Shown: piece by piece, positions 36,946-46,785 of the stretch | Layout of the letters: every line of letters begins with the position of its first letter | How positions within the stretch are numbered: position 1 is the first letter of the stretch | Source: Candidatus Magasanikbacteria bacterium RIFCSPHIGHO2_01_FULL_33_34 | Lineage (GTDB): Bacteria > Patescibacteriota > Patescibacteriia > Magasanikbacterales > UBA922 | Assembly: GCA_001782825.1 (NCBI GenBank) | Contig: MFPS01000007.1 | Span: 20,487 to 84,486, forward strand | Direction of reading: 5' to 3' | DNA length: 64,000 nucleotides | The notes under the pieces: model-generated | The model's database searches: none | Told to the model about the DNA's origin: nothing | The model's input: the letters and a program-made list of their open reading frames with translations, nothing else | Translations under genes and position numbers: made by a program

Positions 36946-37686
36946 TTACAAATATTGTTCCAATCTAGTTAATTGTTCTGGTGTATTAGCACCTAATGCC
37001 TGAAAATATTCTAAAATCTCAAAAGAAGAAATCACCTGTTTTTGAGATGAGGCCAATTTAGGAAGATCAGTAATATAATACTCTTGAGATGCATTAGTGT
37101 TTCCAAGTTTACTCAAGTTAGAACATAACCACCTTGAATCAAAGCAATAATAACTTACATTAACTTCTGTTATTTCTTTTTGTTTGTCAGTGGCGTCTTT
37201 ATATTCAATTATTTCTACAATTTTCCCATTCTCATCTCTTACTATTCTTCCTGAATGTAAAAATTGAGAAAATACTCCTTCAAAATTTGGTACTTTTACA
37301 GTTCCAATAGTAACAATAGCTGATGTTTCCTTATGTATTTCAACAATTTTCTTCAAAGTTTCTGCTTTAATAAGAGGGTGATCACCAGGAAGTATAAAAA
37401 TATTTTTAGAACCTTCCTTGTCAATATAATCTCTCGCACATGAAACAGCATGGCCAGTACCCAACTGTTTATCTTGAATAATATAAGTAGTACTTTCCCC
37501 TTCCAGACATCTACGTACTTGCTCATGACCATAACCAACAACTGTTATTGGTTTTGGAGAAATAGAAATAGCTTCCTCAAATACATACTTTAACATTGGT
37601 TTATTTGCCAATTCATGTAATACTTTAGGTTTATCTGAATTCATTCTTGTGCCTTTTCCTGCGGCTAAAATTAATACTTGATCCAT
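36946..37686 (-). CDS. Sugar-phosphate nucleotidyltransferase (GlmU N-domain / MobA-like fold)
   Basis: N-terminal LILAAGKGTRM nucleotide-binding motif; 246 aa. Confidence 0.65.
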   Translation of the reverse strand: MDQVLILAAGKGTRMNSDKPKVLHELANKPMLKYVFEEAISISPKPITVVGYGHEQVRRCLEGESTTYIIQDKQLGTGHAVSCARDYIDKEGSKNIFILPGDHPLIKAETLKKIVEIHKETSAIVTIGTVKVPNFEGVFSQFLHSGRIVRDENGKIVEIIEYKDATDKQKEITEVNVSYYCFDSRWLCSNLSKLGNTNASQEYYITDLPKLASSQKQVISSFEILEYFQALGANTPEQLTRLEQYL

Positions 37687-37691
37687 AAAAT

Positions 37692-40600
37692 TTACTTTAT
37701 TTCTTCTAACAAATAATTATCAAACTCTACATCCATAAAATCTGTTCTAATTCCAGAGTAACCTTTCTTAGTGATTGCTGCCCCACCAAAACTCTCCCCA
37801 TCATCAAAAACTTGTACCGCTTGTTTCCAAGTTCCACTATCTGTTTTTGTAAAAAGGGTAATTTCAACACCATTATCTTTATTTTTTATTTCACTTCTTA
37901 CACCAATCCATTTTTCTTTAGTTAACAAACTTGTATTTGTTTCCCTATTATAAGTACCATCTAATATCTTTTCAGATGCAAGTGTGTAATATTTACCATT
38001 TATTTTCTTTTTTATAACTGCATTACCATCTACCCTTATACCTGCATAATACAAATTATTTTGATCTAAATACCTACTAAACAACAATAAGGCATTTGAT
38101 TCATATCTATGTTCACTTTTACTTAAATTGTCTTCAATAACCTTAAAATAAACTTCTTGTTGATAATTTAATAGTTTATTTTTATTTATTAATCTAAAAA
38201 TATTCTGAGAATGATAACCATCATCAGTTTCATCAGAATTATATTCATTATATTTTATTCTCCATTTATCATCCTCTGACAACTCACCTTGTAGAGTCAT
38301 GCCAACACCATCTTCATTTATAAAATAAGAACCTGAATTAACCCACCAATTTTCACTAACACTCTTTTCCATACTACCAACCTCTTCTAATCTACCAGCC
38401 ACACTAAAATCATCTGAAAAACTAAAAGCACTCACAAACAGATTATATATCTTTTTAATTATGTTATTTTTCTCGACTTTTATATCCAACACAATCTCAG
38501 TTGGGACATATTCTTTTATAACAAGATCAATTACAGATTCATTGTTACTCTCATCTAACTCGCTTAATGTCTTTACGGGTATATCTTGTTTTGAAATAAT
38601 GTCCATTAGCTTCTCAAAATTATCTACTGGATATCCTTCATCATCTTCTTGTGATATTTTTATTCTATGAAAAGTTAAAAACAAAGTTGTGTTATATTTC
38701 TTAGCATCTCTTACTGCCAAATCAATAGCTGATACTGGTGTGTCATCATATACTGAAAAAGTTTTAACACCATATGGGTCAGCAAATGGATACACTTCTG
38801 GAGAATTAATTGTTGTTCTAGCAAATTTGTAATACTTAGAAAGTATATTCTTTATCTCTTCATTTGTGGCACCATGTGGATATATGTACCAATTAGGTGC
38901 AGAGTTTATATCATTATCTTCTAAATACTTAAGACCGCCAACAACGTCTCTTTCATAATCACTTAAATTATTTTTATCGTAATAATAAGTTACTGCATTT
39001 CTATGGTGAGTAGAATGATTTACCATATTCCAATCATCCTCATTTTGAAGTTTCTTCAAATCATCTAAATATAAATAATTAGTATTTATACCTGGACGAT
39101 CTGCAATAACTGCTATATTACCCTTGATACCATGTTCTCTCATTATGTCTGCAGCTTTTAATACTGTCTTGTGCCCATCATCAAACACAATCACAACAGA
39201 ACCACCTTCCTGCTCAGGAATAGTATATAGTCCATCTAAAAATATTTTAGGGTAAGCCCCATTGTTTGTAGTAGACCTAAATTTAATACTATCAATTTTA
39301 GACCAGTCGAACCCAGGCTCCCCAAATCTCCATTGGCCACCTCTTTCACGTACACCACTTTTTCCTATACTTATATCTAACCACTCTTCATTATATTCGT
39401 ATCTGTAAGGGTTCAAAAGACTAAAAGAAGCATAATTATTCCAATTATCGTTTGACAATAATATAGAGGCACCAACAGCATTCATTGCATTTTCAATTTT
39501 CATTCTTAACCAAAGATTACTATGTGACAAATCAATAGTTTTTTTAATTTCAGCTTCTGGCTTCATACCAGTTAATATAAGTCCTGTATCATCAAAATAA
39601 CTATACACATAATCATCAGAAGAGTTTAAATTCCAATTTTCAAATCTATTAAATGATAAAATTTGTTTCTTATCTGCAGAATTAATTTCATTATTTGAAA
39701 CATTTATAATTTCCTCTTCACCTAACATTGTCTCAACATTAATATTGTAAACTTTTTTACCTGTACTTATTTCAATATTTTTATTATCCTTATCAATTTT
39801 TGTGACCAAATTATTATCAATATCGCCTATTGTTATAAGTGTGGCAAAAAATGCATTACTATTTTCTTGTTTATAAGAAACAGAATAACAAGGTACTTTT
39901 TCCTCATATACAAAAGAACACCAACCATCTACAGGTTCTTCCTGTCCTTTAATAGTACCTACAGTAGTCCCATTATCTATTAATTGACGTATGTTGAAAT
40001 CAACTTTTTTACCCTTAACATTCAACTTAAGATTATTAACATCTATTTCTGCGTCTGGATTCAAATGAAATTTTTGTTCATATACATGATCCTCCCCAGA
40101 GATCAAACTGTCCAAAACTAACACTAAATCATCTTCTAACAAAACTACAGCCCTACTATGTTCAACACCATCATTCAAGTTTTGAGAAGCAGTTTGGTAT
40201 GAGTATTCATCATCCTCAAAAAAAGTAATAGCAATAGCAGAACCAACTTTTTGATCCTTTCCATCCACTACAACTGTATTATGCGCACTTGTGCCATGAA
40301 AATAATCCTTATACTTACCTTCTTCATAAGTGTACAAACCAGAGTCACCAATTAATACTTGACTCTGACTATACAAAACAAAGTTCAAAGCATCTAAATC
40401 ACTATGTTCAGTTCTATAAGGACCAATATCAAAAATTATTTGAGTTTGTTTTTCAAAATCATCGCCCTTCCCCCAACCAGAACGCATAATTGTTTGTCCA
40501 GAAACTGGATAGTATATACTTTTATTTGATGGTTCCTTACCATCTTCACCCCTTGTTAAAACATATAAAAATTCATCATCTTGTTTTGATATATCTTTAT

Positions 40601-41675
40601 ATTCTCTAGAAAAATTAATTTCTCTATCTAAAGAAGCACCAATAATAGGAATTCTTAAATTTGGATGTAATATGTATGTAGCATATGAAATTGTTTTATC
40701 TATTTTACTTTCAAACTCACTACTTAATTCTATATCATTATCTTTTGCATAATTATATATCTCCCAATACTTTTCCATTGCGTAAAAGTGATAATAAGGA
40801 GAATTTTCTACTAAAATACCATCCCCATCTACAATATCAGCGATACCGCTATTTAATCTGCGTTTAGAAATTTCTAACCATTTACCACCATCATCTAATT
40901 CAGGAAAATTAACAGCCAAAACTAAAAGAGCTGTCGCTTGGTTTATACCATGATTATATTCTGCTTCATAATGGTTATTATCTAGTAAAAAATCGCCATG
41001 CACCTTAATAGATTTCAATAATTTTGTACTCAACTCATAAGATAACTGATTATGTTCCCTTAACTTATACCAGCTATTTGTTAAAACCATAGATCTAAAG
41101 GCAACAGCATGATAATCTTCCCAAGATTGCTCTTTTTCCATTCCAACATCAGCAAAACTCTCTAGTATGTCTTTTAATTCATTAAAATATTCTTCATTTT
41201 CGGTTTCTATACCAGCATACAATAAATGTCTTGTATGTCTAAGACTATAAAACATAAAACGCCAATATCTTTCATCAAAAGGATCTTCTTCCCAAGTTAT
41301 CTCATCTTCAATTTTGAAATCTTCGTATCTATCTATTTGATAAATATCCTCCAAATATTTATCAGCAACTTCAATACTACCTTTATCCAAAAAAGAATAA
41401 GCAATTTCTCTACCCTTACCAGTTTTTGGATAATTATCAAATATATCTTTCCATACTGAAGACTCAATATCTTTACTTCTACATATATACCCACCAGAGA
41501 TTCTTAAACGAACTTCATTATCTCCACATTTTAATCTTAAATCTTGTACAAAGTCTACAACATTATTAACTAACGTCTTAGTGCTTGTATAAAAATACCT
41601 ACCAAAGATAATCAATATAACCACAGTAGCTATCAATAAAAATATTTTTTCAATTGTTTTTATTCTCTTGACCAT
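37692..41675 (-). CDS. Giant (1327 aa) membrane-anchored polysaccharide-modifying protein: heparinase II/III-like lyase domains + CE4 polysaccharide deacetylase + extra beta-rich domains
   Basis: N-terminal TM; alpha/alpha-toroid region with the HFYAMEKYWE and HGTSAHNTVVVDGKDQ heparinase II/III signatures; NodB domain VIVFDDGHKT...NHSTHH; ~300-aa C-terminal beta-rich tail. Confidence 0.6.
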   Translation of the reverse strand: MVKRIKTIEKIFLLIATVVILIIFGRYFYTSTKTLVNNVVDFVQDLRLKCGDNEVRLRISGGYICRSKDIESSVWKDIFDNYPKTGKGREIAYSFLDKGSIEVADKYLEDIYQIDRYEDFKIEDEITWEEDPFDERYWRFMFYSLRHTRHLLYAGIETENEEYFNELKDILESFADVGMEKEQSWEDYHAVAFRSMVLTNSWYKLREHNQLSYELSTKLLKSIKVHGDFLLDNNHYEAEYNHGINQATALLVLAVNFPELDDGGKWLEISKRRLNSGIADIVDGDGILVENSPYYHFYAMEKYWEIYNYAKDNDIELSSEFESKIDKTISYATYILHPNLRIPIIGASLDREINFSREYKDISKQDDEFLYVLTRGEDGKEPSNKSIYYPVSGQTIMRSGWGKGDDFEKQTQIIFDIGPYRTEHSDLDALNFVLYSQSQVLIGDSGLYTYEEGKYKDYFHGTSAHNTVVVDGKDQKVGSAIAITFFEDDEYSYQTASQNLNDGVEHSRAVVLLEDDLVLVLDSLISGEDHVYEQKFHLNPDAEIDVNNLKLNVKGKKVDFNIRQLIDNGTTVGTIKGQEEPVDGWCSFVYEEKVPCYSVSYKQENSNAFFATLITIGDIDNNLVTKIDKDNKNIEISTGKKVYNINVETMLGEEEIINVSNNEINSADKKQILSFNRFENWNLNSSDDYVYSYFDDTGLILTGMKPEAEIKKTIDLSHSNLWLRMKIENAMNAVGASILLSNDNWNNYASFSLLNPYRYEYNEEWLDISIGKSGVRERGGQWRFGEPGFDWSKIDSIKFRSTTNNGAYPKIFLDGLYTIPEQEGGSVVIVFDDGHKTVLKAADIMREHGIKGNIAVIADRPGINTNYLYLDDLKKLQNEDDWNMVNHSTHHRNAVTYYYDKNNLSDYERDVVGGLKYLEDNDINSAPNWYIYPHGATNEEIKNILSKYYKFARTTINSPEVYPFADPYGVKTFSVYDDTPVSAIDLAVRDAKKYNTTLFLTFHRIKISQEDDEGYPVDNFEKLMDIISKQDIPVKTLSELDESNNESVIDLVIKEYVPTEIVLDIKVEKNNIIKKIYNLFVSAFSFSDDFSVAGRLEEVGSMEKSVSENWWVNSGSYFINEDGVGMTLQGELSEDDKWRIKYNEYNSDETDDGYHSQNIFRLINKNKLLNYQQEVYFKVIEDNLSKSEHRYESNALLLFSRYLDQNNLYYAGIRVDGNAVIKKKINGKYYTLASEKILDGTYNRETNTSLLTKEKWIGVRSEIKNKDNGVEITLFTKTDSGTWKQAVQVFDDGESFGGAAITKKGYSGIRTDFMDVEFDNYLLEEIK

Positions 41676-43027
41676 ATCATTTTTTTAATAGTTGCAGCTG
41701 AATAGAATATAAGCCAACTTAATACTAATGTTGAAAATAAACTCATAAGTGGTCTATACATGTATATATGTGAACCCTTGTCTTCTGCTTTACATGCTAA
41801 TGAGAATGAAAAGCCTATGATAAATATCCCTGCCAAATATATAATTGCTGAATAAATATCACCAACTAAAGGCATATAAACAAGATGCCTTATGGCAATA
41901 AATGGACCCGCCCATACAAAAAGTATATGCAAATAATAGTTTGTAGCCACAATAGGATGTTTTTTCCAATAAAATTCACCCGTAAAAAACATGTTTCTTA
42001 TAAAACTCTTTTTCCAACGAACCTGCTGTTTTATTACTGCTCTAAAAGTTTCTGGGACATTTGTTAAAGCTCTTGCAGATTTACAATATATAATTCTCCA
42101 AGATTGTGGAGGGTAAGTTTTTTTCAAGAAAGGAGAACCAGCATATTTTTTCTTTAATCTTTTATCAAGTTCATTAGAACCTAAAACAAATCCAGTCAAA
42201 GTACGATCAGTTGCAAACCTAAATTCCTGGCCAAAAAAACTATCGTGTTGCCACGCAGGTATATAATTATATATAGCAGAACGACGAAATACCGCTAATG
42301 GTCCTGATACACAACTTACTGCACTAAAAACACTCTCAAAAGCTTTTCTTACTGAGAATTGCCCTTCGTACCAAGAGTCTTGTATTTTTGTTATTAAATT
42401 CTTTTTTCCATTCAAAGCTCTACAATGACCACTTACACCACCCACATCAGGATTTGCTTGAAAGATTGTAACTATTCTTTCAATAGCATCTGGAGCAAGT
42501 ACTGAATCACTATCTGAAAATGCAAAGACCTCTCCTTTGGCCACAAGCATACCTTCAGCAAGTGCACGCTTTTTACCAACATTTTTATCTAATTTTATAA
42601 TTTTAACGTTTTTATTTTTCGAATATTTATCTACTAAAACCTTTCTTGTATTATCTGTACTTGCGTCATCTATAATTATAATCTCCTGATTTTTGTAAGT
42701 TTGTCCAAGAAAAGAATCTACACATTGAACTATAACATCTTCTTCATTATGTACAGCAACAAGGGAACTAACAAATAAACTTGGAATCTTATTTTTCTTT
42801 TTTAAATATTTTTTTGCTTCAATATATGGATCAGAATAAAAACGAAAAGCCACTACGAAGGTAATTAATAATACTAAAGTAACCAAAAGGCCATATACAT
42901 ATATAAATATATTACCCCTATCTACAAACAAAAGTTTGGCTAAAAATAATACCAAAATCACTATAATAACCACGTACATTATAGATATATAATCCCCTAG
43001 TGTTTTTTTACTCTTTTTAGCAGGCAT
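41660..43027 (-). CDS. Processive GT2 polysaccharide synthase (PgaC/IcaA/NodC/HAS-like) with N- and C-terminal TM bundles
   Basis: IIDDASTDNT, FSDSDS and QQVRWKKS (QxxRW) motifs. The stop overlaps the start of the 1327-aa gene by 16 nt. Confidence 0.7.
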   Translation of the reverse strand: MPAKKSKKTLGDYISIMYVVIIVILVLFLAKLLFVDRGNIFIYVYGLLVTLVLLITFVVAFRFYSDPYIEAKKYLKKKNKIPSLFVSSLVAVHNEEDVIVQCVDSFLGQTYKNQEIIIIDDASTDNTRKVLVDKYSKNKNVKIIKLDKNVGKKRALAEGMLVAKGEVFAFSDSDSVLAPDAIERIVTIFQANPDVGGVSGHCRALNGKKNLITKIQDSWYEGQFSVRKAFESVFSAVSCVSGPLAVFRRSAIYNYIPAWQHDSFFGQEFRFATDRTLTGFVLGSNELDKRLKKKYAGSPFLKKTYPPQSWRIIYCKSARALTNVPETFRAVIKQQVRWKKSFIRNMFFTGEFYWKKHPIVATNYYLHILFVWAGPFIAIRHLVYMPLVGDIYSAIIYLAGIFIIGFSFSLACKAEDKGSHIYMYRPLMSLFSTLVLSWLIFYSAATIKKMIWSRE

Positions 43028-43433
43028 AAATAAGACTTACAGTCTATTAATTATATGACTGCATAACCTACCACAAAATATAATTTTTGTCAAATATCTG
43101 TATAGTTAATATTCCTTATGTATCCCTTTTAGACATAATTGATAAATTATGTACTCAATAACATAAATTTAGTGTTCAAAAAAGGTATATATGAACACAT
43201 TATTTATCCACAGTTCACAGTTTAGCAACCGCTTGGTATAAATAAAAAAAACTGGTATAATGCCAGTAGGTTAATTCTTCATATATTTTTATGAGGGGAG
43301 CTAAAAAATCATTTTAAATTTTAAAGCCATTTTTTGATAGGCTATTTTTTGTCTCATTTCTACACTTGACAAAAAATACTAAATATGATAATGTTGCAAC
43401 CATTTAATCAAAGTACTTTTTATCATCTAATAG

Positions 43434-43506
43434 TGCCATCTAGTGGGATTGAACCACTACCTCAGGCTTAGCGGGCTCGCGTTCTATCCAGTTAAACTAA
43501 GATGAC
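43434..43506 (-). tRNA. tRNA-like gene, atypical (anticodon-loop reading GCU with C33 and no long variable arm); possibly a pseudogene or unusual tRNA
   Basis: Good acceptor (GTCATCT/AGATGGC), D-arm with GG, T-arm AGTGG-TTCAATC-CCACT. Anticodon stem CGAGC/GCCTG has one mismatch and the loop is CCGCTAA. Confidence 0.4.
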
Positions 43507-43565
43507 ACAATTAGATGATAAAGGGTATTTTAATCCTTTACAATTCCCCTTGCCTCTTGTGAGAG

Positions 43566-43847
43566 GTAGGACGAAAATTATTTTATAGAATTACGAGTTT
43601 TGTTTTGCGACTGGCTCGTTTTTCTTTTTAATTAAATTATTCTCATCTTTTTGTTTTTTCTTTTTGTGTTTTTTCGGTAATAGTAGATATATTGTGTTTT
43701 TGGCATATCTCCATATTTTTCCATCTTTGACAGTAAAATTACATAATGTAAAATTACCACAAGGTGATGGAAAGCACCTTTTCGGCGACCCAGTAATTGG
43801 GTGTACTAATATTTCCATAGTTTTCATTTTTCATTTCGTCCTACACC
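43566..43847. repeat. ~280-bp segment bounded by 11-12-bp inverted repeats (ggtaggacgaaa / tttcgtcctacc-like) enclosing the 78-aa ORF
   Basis: 43568-43578 taggacgaaaa is the reverse complement of 43834-43844. GC is higher than surroundings. It sits next to the tRNA-like gene. Confidence 0.3.
43591..43827 (-). CDS. Hypothetical Lys-rich small protein inside the IR-bounded segment
   Basis: 78-aa ORF; no recognised family. Confidence 0.25.
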   Translation of the reverse strand: MKTMEILVHPITGSPKRCFPSPCGNFTLCNFTVKDGKIWRYAKNTIYLLLPKKHKKKKQKDENNLIKKKNEPVAKQNS

Positions 43848-44124
43848 GTGCACAAAAGACAAGAGGGATTGTAAAGGTCTATCACAACAAAAAAAGCTCA
43901 ATGAATGTCACCTAACACCTAACCTACGTTTTTAACGCGTAGAATAGACTGTGTTTGCATACTACAATCCTGTCCTTTCAGTCAGGTATAGTATGGCATT
44001 CATTGAACCTTCTTTTAATTACGTTAAAATAAATAGTACAAGAATTATAGTATGCATCTATAACTATAACACATACACTTTTTTTTGCAAATAGCTTATT
44101 GCTATATGTGGATAAAATAAATTA

Positions 44125-44625
44125 CTACTGTGTAATTTCTGGATGTTCTTCTAAATATTTATCTCTAATATAAACACCCAAAGTTGGAGATATATTTTCT
44201 AGACTCCTACTTGGGTTATTGTATTGATAAATTTTCAAAAATTCCATATAAGGCTCATCATACAGTGTAACCACTGACTTTATTGAACTGTTCTCAACAT
44301 CAAATTTTAATTTTGGGTTTTCATTATCTATAAACCTAAAAAAAACTTCTTTATTTTTTTCAAACACATTGTCAAAACCAATTTCTTTAATGAAATTTTT
44401 ACCTTTTTCTGTGAGTTGAAACGGACTAAAAGTCTGCAATTCTGAAGGATCAAATTTTGTATGGTTTTTCATTAAATACTTGCAAACAACATCTAGATTT
44501 ATTTTTGTTTTATCTGATGTTTCTTTTAAGTTATCTAAAATCTGGAGTTTTCTTCCAATATAGATAAAAGCCCCTAAGACAGACACTATCCCTATCGTAG
44601 AGATTATTTGAAATGGAGAAAACAT
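44125..44625 (-). CDS. Hypothetical membrane-anchored protein (start trimmed to internal Met)
   Basis: The track ORF 44125..44802 overlaps the transposase gene by 72 nt. Met60 (MFSPFQIISTIGIV, a TM helix) is the more likely start. Confidence 0.4.
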   Translation of the reverse strand: MFSPFQIISTIGIVSVLGAFIYIGRKLQILDNLKETSDKTKINLDVVCKYLMKNHTKFDPSELQTFSPFQLTEKGKNFIKEIGFDNVFEKNKEVFFRFIDNENPKLKFDVENSSIKSVVTLYDEPYMEFLKIYQYNNPSRSLENISPTLGVYIRDKYLEEHPEITQ

Positions 44626-44639
44626 AAATTTCAATTTAT

Positions 44640-45720
44640 ATGTTGAAGTATTTTTATATTGATAGTATACTACAACAACTATGAAAAAACAACAAGCCCA
44701 AACTCCATTCCACAATCTACTAAAAAAGATTATTTCTTCACGACCGCAGAAAGCAAAGAAGCGAAGCGTAGCCTGTCGTTGCCTCGGTTGTTCCAATGCC
44801 AAACAAACTGGTCAAGATAACTCTGCAACTGCTCCTGCGAAATAGATTTGTATGTGCCTCGCAAAGAGGCTTTTACATGTTTCCAAAACCATTCTACATG
44901 GTTTATGTGTATGTCCCCCCGGGCATATTCTTTTTTTGAGTGATTAACGCTTTCTCGGTGGTATTCTTTGCTGGCGTTATCATAGCGGTTGCTCTCGTCT
45001 GTTAGAAGTCTGGTATTTTCAATTTGCACATTATCTTTCAAAAAACCATCAATCGTTTTGGCGGTTAGATTTGGTACTTTCTTGGCTCTCATGTCACCCT
45101 CACGCTCAATGGCGGCGATAACCTTAGCTTTACTTGCCATAACATCAGAATAGTTTTTATTATATTTTCCGCCATTGCCTTTACCGCCAAAAAACGCCTC
45201 GTCCATTTCCACATTGCCTCGCAGTGGGGTTGTGTCTTGCCCTATACTATCTCTGATTTGCTTTAATACCCTATAAGCGGTCTTATAGGTAACATTTAGC
45301 TGTCTTTGCATTTCTTTAGCTGATATACCTGATTTGGCGTTTGAGAATATCAAAATAGCATGAAACCATTGTTTTAGAGGTAAATGGGACTTTTCAAAAA
45401 TGCTGTCTGTCATTGGGGCGATTTGATACCTGCATTTTGAGCATTGATATTGTTTACGCCCTGTTAGCCTAACTCGTCCCTTTTTGTCTATTGTGGTCTT
45501 AAATAGAGGATTATATTCACCGCCACAAGCGCACTCCTTTGTATGTGATAGGCTGAATAGATAGTCTAGGCATGCCTCGTCAGTAGGGAAATCATGCTCT
45601 AGGTCTGTTCTGCCATAATAGTCTTGTTTTGCCATATTGTTATATTTAATTGATTATGTTGTAAGTATAACATAGACTAATTATGTTGTAAAGGGATACA
45701 TGTGTAATATTCAAGAATTA
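44640..45720 (-). mobile_element. IS1595-like insertion sequence (approximate bounds)
   Basis: A single transposase ORF with atypical composition. Terminal inverted repeats were not confidently located by eye. Confidence 0.4.
44730..45635 (-). CDS. IS1595-family (ISXO2-like) DDE transposase
   Basis: N-terminal zinc ribbon (CACGG...CSKCRY) followed by HTH and DDE region. GC and codon usage are higher than the host background. Confidence 0.7.
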   Translation of the reverse strand: MAKQDYYGRTDLEHDFPTDEACLDYLFSLSHTKECACGGEYNPLFKTTIDKKGRVRLTGRKQYQCSKCRYQIAPMTDSIFEKSHLPLKQWFHAILIFSNAKSGISAKEMQRQLNVTYKTAYRVLKQIRDSIGQDTTPLRGNVEMDEAFFGGKGNGGKYNKNYSDVMASKAKVIAAIEREGDMRAKKVPNLTAKTIDGFLKDNVQIENTRLLTDESNRYDNASKEYHRESVNHSKKEYARGDIHINHVEWFWKHVKASLRGTYKSISQEQLQSYLDQFVWHWNNRGNDRLRFASLLSAVVKK

Positions 45721-45744
45721 TGACATCTAAAATATTAATAAAAT

Positions 45745-45782
45745 AAAAACTATTGGCCAATATATTGACCAATAGTTTTTAT
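45745..45782 (-). terminator. Hairpin terminator after the epimerase gene
   Basis: aaaaactattggccaata / tattgaccaatagttttt near-perfect palindrome. Confidence 0.5.
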
Positions 45783-45787
45783 CTTTT

Positions 45788-46738
45788 TTATTCCAAACCC
45801 CAATCTCTCTTCAATTCTGCAATCCCATCTTCAAATTTTATAGTTGGTTCCCAACCAAGAAGTTCTTTGGCTTTGGTTGTATCGGCTTCACTGCGTCTTG
45901 GGTCGCCTGGTCTCTCTGGTATATTCATAGTCTCGCCACCGATTAGACGCGCCAATTCATTGACTGATTTGCATTGACCATACCCAGCATTGATCACTTC
46001 ACCTTTGCCGACTTTGTCAGATGTCATCGCCAATAAATTTGCCCTAGCCACATCAGCCACATGGGTATAATCCCGATAATACTCCCCATCCCCACAAATC
46101 GTCATTGGCTCGCCTTTGGCTCTTTGTTTGAGGAATTTACCCACTACCAATGCATAAGCTCCTTCTGGGTCAATATATGGCCCATACACATTGAAATAGC
46201 GAAGTGATACTGTCTCAAAACCATAAAGCTCACTAAACAATCGGCAATACATCTCGCCTGTATATTTATGGAGCGCATAGGGGCTGATCGGGTTACCACA
46301 CATATCTTCTCTCAATTTTTCATTATCATTGCCACCATAGACAGATGACGAAGAGCTAAACACAAATCTTTTGACACCAGCATCGCGCGCGCCTACCAAC
46401 AGAGTCAGGGTTCCATTTACATTATTATCATTGGTTTCAATCGGATGCTCAATAGAATATGGCACACGTGGTATCGCTGCCAGATGAAATACGCCATCAA
46501 TACCCACCATAGCGCGCTTCACATCCTCCATATTGCGAATATCCCCTTCTATATATTCAACACCCTTTTGGATCCTATCATCTTTTTTGCCAGCGCTAAA
46601 ATTATCCAAAACACGAACTTTATGTCCATCACTCAAAAGTTTAATAACAATATTTGTGCCAATAAATCCAGCGCCACCGGTAACCAAATATTTCTTAGCC
46701 AATAGTTCAGAGCCAATAGGTTGTGCTTGATTGTTCAT
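45788..46738 (-). CDS. NAD-dependent nucleotide-sugar 4-epimerase (GalE/UDP-glucuronate epimerase-like extended SDR)
   Basis: TGGAGFIG Rossmann motif, YxxxK catalytic pair (YALHKY). Confidence 0.75.
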   Translation of the reverse strand: MNNQAQPIGSELLAKKYLVTGGAGFIGTNIVIKLLSDGHKVRVLDNFSAGKKDDRIQKGVEYIEGDIRNMEDVKRAMVGIDGVFHLAAIPRVPYSIEHPIETNDNNVNGTLTLLVGARDAGVKRFVFSSSSSVYGGNDNEKLREDMCGNPISPYALHKYTGEMYCRLFSELYGFETVSLRYFNVYGPYIDPEGAYALVVGKFLKQRAKGEPMTICGDGEYYRDYTHVADVARANLLAMTSDKVGKGEVINAGYGQCKSVNELARLIGGETMNIPERPGDPRRSEADTTKAKELLGWEPTIKFEDGIAELKRDWGLE

Positions 46739-46785
46739 AGTATTAGGTTTTAATTTTCTTATTTTGCTTATTCTGCCTATTCTGC

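Noticed and set aside
43434-43506. Confident assignment of the tRNA-like gene as tRNA-Ser(GCU)
   Set aside because: It lacks the long variable arm of bacterial type II tRNAs and has C at position 33. It is kept only as tRNA-like with uncertain identity.
44626-44802. N-terminal 59 codons of track ORF 44125-44802
   Set aside because: They overlap the 3' end of the IS1595 transposase gene by 72 nt and encode a low-complexity peptide. The start was moved to the internal Met at 44625.
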